Translations under genes and position numbers: made by a program
In this document: piece after piece, positions 1 through 22,941 of the stretch
How positions within the stretch are numbered: position 1 is the stretch's first letter
How the letters are laid out: every line of letters begins with the position of its first letter
From: Parvularia atlantis
Taxonomy: Eukaryota
Assembly (NCBI GenBank): GCA_943704415.1
Contig: CALSCO010000804.1
Span: forward strand, 1-52,993
DNA: 52,993 bases
Direction: 5' to 3'
Notes under the pieces: model-generated
The model's database searches: none
What the model was told of the DNA's origin: nothing
The model's input: the letters and a program-made list of their open reading frames with translations, nothing else

Positions 1-2554
<2,554 letters not shown>

Positions 2555-2602
2555 GCGCGCCAAGCTGCTCCACGTACAACAGCACATGCAACCGGCTCTC
2601 TC

Positions 2603-4184
2603 TCAGTCGACGCCGGCCATGTCCTCCTTGGCCACGGTGACGCGCACGAGCACCGACTTCTCGTAGAAGAACGAGTGCGTGTTGTCGAACGTGAGTTCGA
2701 ACGCCGTCGAGGGCCCGGACACCTTGACGCTGGCCTTGCCGCCGTCGCTGAGCGCGTGCGCCTGCGTGTCTATTGCAGACGCGCGTGTCAACGGCCGCGC
2801 GCAGCAGCGACCCGTGTGGCGCGCACTGTCGACCGTGCTGTCGTGCACGAGCTCGGCCTTGACCGCGACGTCGTATGCGACCGTGGCCCACTCGTATGTG
2901 ACCGTGTCGCCACGCGTCACGGGCACGCGCAGCGTGTGCGTCTTCCACGCCGGCACGGTCACGCGCTGCACGTCGGCCGCGGCGGCCGCGGCGCCCTCGG
3001 CCTCGGCCTCGGTCGCAGCGGCGAACCCGCCGTACCTGGCGCGCGCAGGGGTGAGCACGGCGCCGGAGCGGGCAAGAGCGCGGTCAGCACACTTGGGCGG
3101 CAGCTGCTTGACGTCGATGTAGTCGAGCAGGACGGCGCGGGTGCGCGCCATGCTCGCGAGGATGAACTTGTCGCGCGTGCGCTGCGACACGAACGCCGAC
3201 ATGATGCCGAAGATGTACTCGGCCAGCGTGGGCACACCCACGAAGAACTTGCGCTCGAGCAGCTCCGGGTAGTGGTCTGCCCTGCGTGTCAGCCGAGGGC
3301 GATCGGCGCGGCGCAACCGGCAAGCCGCACCCTGGAAGATCTGGATGATCTTCTTCGACGTAGCCTTGAGGCGCGGATCCATAAACATGGACGCGCCCGT
3401 GTAGTCGTGCACCTTTGCGCGCCGCGTGCGCGGTCAGTGCGTGCTTGTGCGCGCCGACGCCCACCCGTGCCTGCGTGATCGTCTCGAGGCCGTTCTCAAA
3501 GTCGAGCAGGTCGATCGCGCGCTCCATCAGCTGCACGCGCCAGCGCAGGAACACGTCCGGGTTGGCCAAGATGTCCTCCTGCATGATGCTGCCGTAAAAG
3601 TTGTACGTCACGGGCTTGCCTGCGAGGGCGTGCGTGAGCCACGCGGCGGCGGCCCCACGTGGAGCGGGCGGCGAACGCACCGCCCTTGTCGCGGCCGTAG
3701 ATTTGGCCAAGCGCGCTCAGCTGCGCCGAGAACGTCTCGCCCTTGAGAGCGCGCACATCGAACGCCTTGCGCCACTGCGGCGGGCGCTGCGGTCAACTGC
3801 GCCGGCCGGGCCACGTCTGCTGCGCCCCACGTACCTTGAGCGTGCCCACGAGCATGTCGAGCGCCGGCTGCACCTGCAGCTCGCGCGCGCGCAGGAACTT
3901 GAGCAGCACGACCTCCTGCGCCTGCGCGGTGCAGCACGCGTCGGCCACCGTCCGGGCGCCCCCGCCCTCGCACCTTTGTCAGCGCGCCCTCGCCCGAGAC
4001 GCCGGCCAGCGGGACGTTCCACAGGGTCAGGTCGGCCGGGTCGCTCAGCTCGGCCTTGGCGAGCGCTGAACGGCACGGGCGCGGCGGGGGCGCGTCAGTG
4101 CGAGCACTCGACAGCGGCCCGCACGCGCGCACCGTCAGGCAGCGCCGCGCGCAGGGCGCCGAGTGTACCGATCGCGTCAGTCAT
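2603..4184 (-). CDS. Sec14-family CRAL-TRIO protein (Sfh5/patellin-like) with C-terminal GOLD domain
   Basis: Spliced: VVLLKFLRAR (CRAL-TRIO_N), GRDKGGKPVTYNFYG, FLRWRVQLMERAIDLLDF, TQVHDYTGASMF, IIQIFQDHYPELLERKFFVGVP. Then GOLD-like VTYEWATVAYDVAV...FELTFDNTHSFFYEKSVLVRV. Confidence 0.88.
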
Positions 4185-4613
4185 CGTTCCTGGCCTACAA
4201 CAAATCGGCGCGAGTATGTGAATCGTTTTCTACGCGTGTGGGGTACTCGAAAAACGAAGGACGCCGCGGCGCTGCTCCCTCACTCCACGCCGCTGGCGCA
4301 TCTGCCCGTGCCGCCGGCGCACCCGCTGCGCGCGTCGCTCGCGCGTGCCGCCGTGGCCGTGGAGGGTTGCGCGCCTGGCGTGTGCGCGGCCGCGGTCGCG
4401 TTGTGCCGATCGAGATTTTCCTCTCACTCGTGTCGGTCCTCGCAACGTGCACGCGGCCCGCTCAGGCTCGCTGTCTGTCTGCGCCGCCCGGGCTGCGCGC
4501 GCGCGCGCCGATAGAGACACTCACGCGCACGGTGCGGTCGCGCGCGGCAGGCTGCAGTCCCCCCCACGCACACGCGCGCGCACACCACCGCGCCAGCCGG
4601 GCAACAAGTGACC

Positions 4614-15396
<10,783 letters not shown>

Positions 15397-15543
15397 GCGG
15401 GCGCGCATGCCCGAGCAGCGACAAGTTGCGACAATTGGTGGCGTGCGTTCGTGTGTGAGCTCTCTCGTTGTGCGTGGCATGTTGTGCACGTGTCTTTGCA
15501 GTGGTCAAAAATCATCAAGACAGACAACGGGAAGAAGAAAGGA

Positions 15544-17839
15544 TCAGGCGAACGGGTTGGTCTTGGCCGGCACCGTCGGCGCCGCAAAAGGGTTGTTTGC
15601 GGCGGGCGCGCCAAACGCGCCGCTACCCGAGGCAGACGCGAAGGGGTTGGTCGGCGCGCCGTACATCTGCGCGGCCGGTGCCGAGGCGCCCCAGCCGGGG
15701 GCCGGCTGCATCGCGTACGGCGCACCGAAAGGCTGTGCGCGCGCGGCGCAAGATTGGCACGCGAACACGCTGCGGCGCGCGATGCGCACCGTCTGCTGTG
15801 GTGCGGCGGCGTACTGTGGCCCGGCCGGGAAGCCAAACGCACCCATCTGCTGCGGTTGGCCAAACTGCGGCTGCTGGCCGAACGGCTGGCCAAACGCGCC
15901 CTGCTGCGGCTGGCCAAATGCGCCCTGCTGCTGGCCAAAGGGCTGGCGTGCACGTGTTGAGCACGCTCGCGTTGTGCCGCAAGCCGCACGACGGCACGTA
16001 CCGGCGCACCAAAGCCGCCGCCACCGCCGCCAAACGGCTGCGACGCGACCGCGAGAATGGCCTGCTTCTTTGTCTCGACGACGGGCGGCGGTTCGTCAAA
16101 GCTGAGCAGGTCCATCTCGGCCGCCTTCTTGGCGGGCGCGGGTGCCGGTGCCGGCTGCATACGCGGCTGTTGTTGTTGTTGCTGCTGCTGCTGCTGCGGT
16201 GCCGCCGTGACGCGGGTGCTGCCAAACGCGCCAAAGTCGTCAAAGCCGGCGGCGGCCTTCTGCTTGGCCGGCGCGGGTGCGCGCGCGGTCGAGAAGGCGT
16301 CAAAGTCGTCGAAATCACCACGGCTGGCCGCAGGCTTGGCGGCAGCCGCGACGGACGCGGAGGTCTTGCTGCCTGCCCGGGGCGTCAGCTGTTTGTGCAG
16401 CGACGCCGCCCGCGTACCGCTCGGCGAAAAGGCGTCGTCAAAGTCGCTGCCGCTGCCGGGCGCGTCGTTCAAGTGCAGGCGTTGGATGGGCGGCAAATCG
16501 TCGTTGGATGGCGCGGCGATGTTGCCGTCGATGTACGCCTGGAGCGAGTCGACGAGGGTGGCCGGAGGCTGTGACGCGGCGATGAGCTGCGCGAGCGTGG
16601 CGGGGTTGCGAGGTGGCGGGCGCGCGCGCACCGCCTTGAGCACGGGGATGTTGAGCTCGCGCGTGCCATCGTGGTTGCGGCCGACGTCGAGGAATTCGAT
16701 CACCTGCGCCGTGTACTTGACAAACGCCTTGTAGGCAGCGAGCGCGTTCTTGGCGACGTCCTTGGGCAGCTTGAAGTAGAACTCTGGGCACGCCGCGCGG
16801 CATGAGGCGCGAGTGGGGGCGCGCGACCGGCGGGACTCACCGAGCAGGTTGATGATGCCCTCGTTGAGCGAGTGGTACAGGCGCAGCAGGTCACGCACGA
16901 GCAGCTTGTACACCTCGAGCACGATCACGTTGTCGAGGTCGGTGCGCACATACTTGCACTCGAGCAGCGCGGCCATCTGCGGCGCGTAGCGCACGTTGGT
17001 CGCGCACTCACCACGACGATCGCACGGCACACGTCACCTGGCGCATGATCAAGTTGAGCAGGCGGATGAGTGCGTCCGGATCGGACCGGGCCGTGAGCTT
17101 GTTGGCCCTCTCGAGGCTGCCGCGCGGCGCGTGAGCGGCCGCGCACAGCGATCCGTTGGCGATGCCCGCACCTCTCGCGCACAAAGTCCATCTGCGCCTC
17201 CTTGAATGTCGCGGCCTTCTCTTCAAGGTACTGCGCGTACTTGCTGATGCCGGAGGCGTACGAGATGCCTGCGCGCCGCGCCCGTAAGCCTTCCCCTCGG
17301 CAAAGCGCGCGGGCGCGGCACCGTCGAGGCTGCAGCGCTCGCGGAACGAGCTCATGTTGAGGATCTGCGGCGAGAGCGCGACAAACTTCATGGCGCGCGA
17401 GTCGCTGCGGCCCGTGTGAGGCCAGGCGCACGAGAAGAGGGGGGTCCGCCGCCGCCCGCCGCCCGCACCGGTCGCGCATGATCTCGTGCGTGACAATGAG
17501 CGCCTTGTACGCGACCATCCAGCTCTTGGTGCTGTAGCGCTCGCTCAGAAAGTCAAACAGCTCGGCGAGCAGCTGCTTGCGGTCGGCGGCGGCGTCCTTG
17601 ATGGCTGCGGCGCGGCGCCGGGGGTCGGCGGCCCACGAAGCGCAACAGGAGAAACGTTGCCGCACTCTGCAGGTGCTTCGGCTTGGGCGGCGCGACGTCG
17701 TGGTTCGTCGCCTTGACCACGGCCGTGTCCAGCTCGGAGCCGGACGCGCGCAGCACGCGCAGCGTGTCCTGGGCGCGGCACGACGTCAGGGCGGGCGCGG
17801 CAAACGGCGAGACGCGGCCGCGCGGACCTTGCCCGACAT
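15544..17839 (-). CDS. ANTH-domain clathrin assembly protein (AP180/CALM/Yap180-like)
   Basis: LDTAVVKATNHDVAPPKPKHL, SWMVAYKALIVTHEIMRDS, YAQYLEEK, YKLLVRDLLRLYHSLNEGIINLLE. Disordered tail with DLLSFD, FDDF motifs, polyQ, QPFGQ repeats and three NPF motifs, ending TNPFA-stop. Confidence 0.93.
15840..16197 (-). repeat. Low-complexity coding repeats in the ANTH tail (24-bp QQGAFGQP units; polyQ at about 16168-16197)
   Basis: Tandem ggctggccaaa(c/t)gcgccctgctgc units and a (tgc/tgt)n tract. Confidence 0.8.
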
Positions 17840-17852
17840 CCACCGGTCGAGC

Positions 17853-17969
17853 GTCGAGTCAAAAATCGACTCGACACGCTTTGATGGTCGTGCCAGAAAC
17901 TGGCACATGCACTTTCTTTCGCGAACGTGAGCAGCGGGCGCTGACAGGTGCGGTGCGGAAATCACCGCA
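17853..17969. promoter_or_regulatory. Divergent-promoter spacer with three perfect short inverted repeats
   Basis: GTCGAGTC-AAAAATC-GACTCGAC (17853-17875), GTGCCAG-AAA-CTGGCAC (17890-17906), TGCGGTG-CGGAAAT-CACCGCA (17949-17969). The repeats are seen directly; their function is unknown. Confidence 0.55.
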
Positions 17970-17994
17970 GTACACAAAAAGCGGCCGCTGCGCA

Positions 17995-20211
17995 ATGAGT
18001 CGCGACGGTGTTACCGTTCGCCTGAAGTCCGACGACTCCTCGGATCAGGCCCGCGATGCGGCCCAGCGAGCGCAAGACAAGCCCACGGCAGCCGCGGCCG
18101 AGGGCGCTCAAGTTTCGCCCTCTGCCGACGTCGTCGACCAGGTGGAGAAGGAGTTCAGCATTCTCACTCTCAGTCCCGATCCCCGTCAGTGGTCCGTTGC
18201 CGACGTCTGCTCGACATGGCTCCCATCAGTCGGCCTCGGCGAGCACGCGGTCCTTTTCAGGCAGAAGGGTGTACATGGCAGCGATTTGCTTCGCCTCAAT
18301 GCTGACGTCAAGTTGCGCGACGAGCTCGGCATTACTGACGCAGGCAAGCGTATGCCGATTCGCGTGGCGCTCGGAGACGTGGCAACACTAGTCGTCGGCC
18401 TCTCTTTGGGCACCACCGTTACCGCCAGGACCGTGCCGCCTCCTGCACCGCATGCGGACTCGTACAGCGACAAGGCGCGCCACACTGCTTACCTGGACAG
18501 CAACAGGCTGAACGGAGATGAGATTCTTGGCAACAACGGCTTTGACGAGGCGTGCATCGTGGCGACCTCCAAGCTCGACCGTGCTTTGCAGTACCTTGAC
18601 AAAGAGTCGCCGCTGCTGTACATCCGCGCCCCGCCAGGGTCGGGCAAAACTGTCTTTGGTGTGAAGCTGGTGAAGAGGCTCATTGCCGACGGCAAGACTG
18701 TGTACTACTACAGCCTCAACGGCCTCGACACGCGGAAGGACGCAACGACCATGGACGGTTTTGACAAAGTCCTGCAGGACAAGCATAGAAATCTCCCGGG
18801 TGCGTCGTGGAGCGACATCTTGTACCGGTGTGCGTCTGAGTTTGAGGACATCTACGTCGTCATGGACAAAGCACAGACGCTGTTCCAGCAGGCCGACACA
18901 TCTGACGCACGGCGCGCGGACTTTGCGTTCTTCTGGGCCACTTTCAAGACGAAGAGCCCTGCGCTGCACGTCCTTTTCCTGGCGTCATACGGCTACGCTG
19001 ACGAATCGACGAATCAGAGGGCGGGCTCGCCGGCGGAGCTTCGCAACGCCAGACTTCTCGGCTTTGACTTTTTGCAGCTGACCGAGGACGAGTTCCGCGA
19101 GGCGACGGAGACGAGGGCCAGTCGACGTGACAAAAAGCCAGTCACTATCCACCCCTCGGTCATGCACGAGATCTACGTGGGCGCGGCCGGGCACGCTCGC
19201 ACTCTGCGGGCCGCTACGGATGCCATCCACAACAACGGCGGGCCTCAGCGTCTCGACAGCGAGGAGCGTCAGTTGAAGTTTGTCCGCGACGAACAGGGAG
19301 TCTTCTTCAGCACCGTGGTGGCTGCGCGCCCGTTGACAGATTTCCGTCTCATGTTCGATTCGGACGAGCTAAATTTCGAGGACAGGTGCACCTTGCTGCG
19401 GTACGCGGCGGGCACCGACAGCCACATCATTGTCCCGTCTACGTTGGGCCAGAAGCTCGTCGCGATGGGCCTGTTTCACACGTCGGGGAGAGACTTTGAG
19501 ATGCTCAGCATCCTCAGCCCCTACGCCCGCGAGGCGCTGCGGCAGTACTGCCGGTCGTACAAGATCACCGACAAGCGTCTCGAAAAGTATGCCGCCGATC
19601 AAATAGCTTACCGGACTCTGTCGGAGAGCGAGCGCGCGTTCATTCCCGTGGTCGATGTGCCGTATGAGCAGCTGTTTGCCGAGCTCACCATCATGGGTAT
19701 CGCCCGCATGAGCCGGGTTGCCCTGCAAAGGACGGTCGTAAGAGACGTCGAGCTGACCAACAACCCCGTCGAGGCCATCTTTCAGCACCAATTTGGCGCC
19801 AGCATAAACACTCTGATGCCAGTCGGGAAAGGCGCCGTCCAACACTTCAGCGCGGAAGCTGGGCGCGAAATCAAAGCAGCATGCAAAGTTGACTTTCATC
19901 TCAACAGCCGCTTCAACTTCCTGTGGGAGCTCGTGCGCGGCAACGACAGCATTCCGGAACACCTGTCGCGCTTCCATCCCGTCTCGGCTACGAAGAAGTA
20001 CCCACGCGAGAGCGAATACCGAGCGTACTGGCGGCACGATCGACCGCCGCCGACGTGGGCTGTGATCGACTTCCGGTCAAACAAGCCATTGGCGAGTGCC
20101 ATGCATGACAATGTCTGGTACGTCGTGTACGCGGCCGACTTTGCGTCCTTCAGCATCATGCGCACTGTGCAAAACGACATCTGGACGACCACCCTTCCCT
20201 TCGCCCCGTGA
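17995..20211 (+). CDS. Intronless SAM domain + P-loop NTPase + restriction-endonuclease-fold protein (Crinkler/RHS-type effector-like), 738 aa
   Basis: SAM: PRQWSVADVCSTWLPSVGLGEHAVLFRQKGVHGSDLLRL...LRDELGI. Walker A: LLYIRAPPGSGKT. Walker B-like: IYVVMDKAQ. C-terminal EAIFQHQF...KVDFHLNSRFNFLWELVRGNDSIPEHLSRF...WAVIDFR resembles the REase module of Crinkler-type proteins as I remember it. Confidence 0.75.
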   Translation: MSRDGVTVRLKSDDSSDQARDAAQRAQDKPTAAAAEGAQVSPSADVVDQVEKEFSILTLSPDPRQWSVADVCSTWLPSVGLGEHAVLFRQKGVHGSDLLRLNADVKLRDELGITDAGKRMPIRVALGDVATLVVGLSLGTTVTARTVPPPAPHADSYSDKARHTAYLDSNRLNGDEILGNNGFDEACIVATSKLDRALQYLDKESPLLYIRAPPGSGKTVFGVKLVKRLIADGKTVYYYSLNGLDTRKDATTMDGFDKVLQDKHRNLPGASWSDILYRCASEFEDIYVVMDKAQTLFQQADTSDARRADFAFFWATFKTKSPALHVLFLASYGYADESTNQRAGSPAELRNARLLGFDFLQLTEDEFREATETRASRRDKKPVTIHPSVMHEIYVGAAGHARTLRAATDAIHNNGGPQRLDSEERQLKFVRDEQGVFFSTVVAARPLTDFRLMFDSDELNFEDRCTLLRYAAGTDSHIIVPSTLGQKLVAMGLFHTSGRDFEMLSILSPYAREALRQYCRSYKITDKRLEKYAADQIAYRTLSESERAFIPVVDVPYEQLFAELTIMGIARMSRVALQRTVVRDVELTNNPVEAIFQHQFGASINTLMPVGKGAVQHFSAEAGREIKAACKVDFHLNSRFNFLWELVRGNDSIPEHLSRFHPVSATKKYPRESEYRAYWRHDRPPPTWAVIDFRSNKPLASAMHDNVWYVVYAADFASFSIMRTVQNDIWTTTLPFAP

Positions 20212-20435
20212 GTGTCGCTCTTTCTCCTGTGTACTTTGATTACGTACTAAGAGTCACAAGCTGCCACTCAGGCTGGTGGGCCCCGGCCGCGAGGCTTGAA
20301 CAGTTGAAGTTTACCTGTCGTGCACGCCCTCGCCCCCCACCGTATTCAGTGTGGCGGACAGTCACTGATTCGTGGCACGTGTTTCGTCTCACCATCCCCG
20401 GTGGCAGGCTCTCGCACGCGCTTCGACCGCACACG

Positions 20436-22396
20436 ATGGATACGGAGACCTTCAGGCGCGAGGGCCACGCGCTGGTCGACTTCATCGCCGACTACTACAC
20501 GCGCCTTGCGCGCGACGAGTACCCCGTGCTGTCCACGGTGCAGCCCGGGTACCTCGCGAAGCTGCTGCCGGCCGAGTGCCCGCAGGGTGCGCATGCGATG
20601 CCGTGCCACGCGATGCGGCCACGCCTCACGCGGGTGCGCACAACCAGAGCCCGAGCCGTTCGCCGCGGTGCAGCGCGACCTCGTCGACAAGATCATGCCC
20701 GGCGTCACGCACTGGCAGAGCCCCAGCTTCTTCGCCTACTTCCCGGCCAACGCGTCCTTCCCGGCCATGCTGGGCGACATGGTTTCGGGCATGATCAACT
20801 GCATCGGCTTCAACTGGGTATGCTGCGCATCGGGCGTGTGACCGGCTGCGCCGCGAGCTCAGGCGCGTCGCAGGTGTGCAGCCCGGCCTGCACCGAGCTC
20901 GAGACGGTCACGCTCGACTGGATGGCGCGCCTGCTCGAGCTCCCGGCCAAGTTTATGTCCAGCGGCACGGGCGGCGGCGTAATCCAGGTGCGGGCGCGCT
21001 GTCGTGCAGGCTGCGGTGCTGAGGGCTGCGGGCCGCAGGGCACGGCGAGCGAGGCCGTGATTGTGTGCATGCTCGCCGCCCGCAAGCGCACCAGCAAGCG
21101 CCACGCCGACGTCGAGGCCGGCGTGCTCAACGCGCGGCTGGTGGCGTACGCCTCGGCGCAGGCGCACTCGAGCGTGAAGAAGGCCGCGATGGTGGCTAAC
21201 GTGCTCATGCGTGACGTGCCCGCACGCGACGACTTCTCGATCGACACGGAGCGGCTCGCGGCGATGATCGAGGTGCGGGCGTGCGCCACGTGCACGCGTG
21301 CGCGTGCCGCTGAGACCACGGGCGCCGGCCGCAGGAGGACATCGCCAAGGGCCTGTTGCCGTTTTTCGTCTGCGGCACGATCGGCACCACGAGCTCGGGC
21401 GCGGTCGACCACATCGGCGTGATCGGCAAGATCGGTGCGCGCGCCGTGCAGTGCGCCTTGCAGTGTGCTCACGCTGCCGCGGCGCGGTGCAGCCGAGGCG
21501 CACGACCTGTGGTTTCACGTCGACGCGGCCTGGGCGGGCTCGGCCGCCGTGTGCCCGGAGCACCGCCACCTGCTGCGCGGGCTGGACCTGGCCACGTCGT
21601 ACAACTTCAATATGCACAAGGTACGCCGCACGGGGATGCGGTGCCGCGCGCACGTGATCCGCTGACGGCGCCGCCGCAGTGGCTCCTGACCAACTTTGAC
21701 TGCTCGCTGCTCTGGGTCGAGCGGCGCAGCGACCTGCTTGACGCGTTCTCGATCACGCCCGAGTACCTGCGCAACAAGGCGTCCGAGTCGGGTGCGCGCC
21801 GTGGGTGCGCGCACGCCGTTGACGCCGCGCGCCCGCGCAGGCCTCGTGACCGACTACCGCGACTGGCAGCTGCCGCTCGGGCGGCGCTTCCGCTCGCTCA
21901 AGATGTGGTTTGTGATGCGCTGCTACGGCGTGTCGGGCCTGCAGGCGCACATCCGCAAGGTCGGCGTGCGCGCTGCCTTGTGGCGCGCGGCGGCGGCTGA
22001 CGCGTTCGAGCCGCGCGCAGCACATCACGCAGGCCGAGCTGTTCGAGTCGCTCGTGCGCGGCGACGAGCGCTTCGAGCTGGTCGCGCCGCGGTCGCTGTC
22101 GCTGGTGTGCTTCCGCCTTGTGCCGCCAGCGAGCGCGAACGCCTCGGCCGATCAGGTGGACGAGCTCAACCGCAAGTTTGAGGACACCGTCAGTGCGTGG
22201 CGTCGCGCGGGCTGCGATGCGCTGCTCACTCTTGTGTGCGCGCACGGCAGATACGCGCGGCGTGTTCATCATCCACACGTCGCTCGCCGGCAAGTACGTC
22301 CTGCGCTTCGTCCCGGGCTCGCCCTGGACCGAGGAGCGGCACGTCCGCGCGGCCTTTGCGACGTTCCAGCAGGTCGCCAGCGAGCTCCTTGTTTAG
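20436..22396 (+). CDS. DDC: Aromatic L-amino-acid decarboxylase (group II PLP decarboxylase)
   Basis: [82 protein letters not shown] (PLP lysine), [25 protein letters not shown]. Confidence 0.95.
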
Positions 22397-22804
22397 GCTA
22401 CGGAGCGTCTTGTCGTTTGACCGGGGCAAGCGAAGAGCCTGACGCGATGCGCGCATGCGTACAAATGACAGTTGACCTCCACTCACGCAAGCGAGGCAAC
22501 AGACAGCAGTTGCCTGTACGTACTGCCACTTCACGTTCTTAGGGCAAACGCTGCGCACATAACCGCAAGCGGGTCCTCTGTTGTCGCGCCCGCGCACGTC
22601 GTCGGGTGGCTGGGCGCGCGGTGCGGGTGGGCGCGTGAGCGAGGGGCTGCGTGCTGCGGCGCTCCGGGCTGTGGCGCGCGCGCAGCGCGGCGTGCTGCGT
22701 GCGAGCGGGGGGGGGAGGCCCGTTCTGACGCCGCGCGGCCCAAAACGCACAGCTCAGCGCGCCGGCGGCCGCTCCACCGGCGGCGACACCGCGTCTTCCA
22801 TCAC

Positions 22805-22806
<2 letters not shown>

Positions 22807-22836
<30 letters not shown>
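22807..22836. repeat. (TCG)n trinucleotide microsatellite upstream of the F-box gene
   Basis: Directly visible. Confidence 0.85.
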
Positions 22837-22837
<1 letters not shown>

Positions 22838-22941
22838 GCGTCATCGGCGCGCGCGCCCCGTCCCAGTGCCCGCCCCACCGCCTTCCCCTCCCCCCGCGCG
22901 TCGCTCGCCCGCCCCACCCGCCGCCCCTCGCGAGGCGGGTC

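Noticed and set aside
2603..2620. C-terminal MAGVD of the Sfh5-like protein as an EEVD-type TPR clamp ligand
   Set aside because: Only VD matches, which is too weak to support.
17683..17994. N-terminal extension of the 842-aa ORF from the TTG at 17683
   Set aside because: It overlaps the first exons of the ANTH gene on the opposite strand and the spacer. ATG 17995 is the plausible start (ATG 17884 is not excluded).
20208..20213. GTGAGT overlapping the stop codon, suggesting a splice fusion of the nuclease gene to DDC
   Set aside because: Both proteins look complete on their own, and I saw no convincing size-typical intron. RNA-seq would settle it.
17840..20435. Intact transposon around the SAM-NTPase-nuclease gene
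   Set aside because: I could not find terminal inverted repeats, a target-site duplication, a poly(A) tail or a DDE/RT/HUH domain by eye. Mobility remains a hypothesis.
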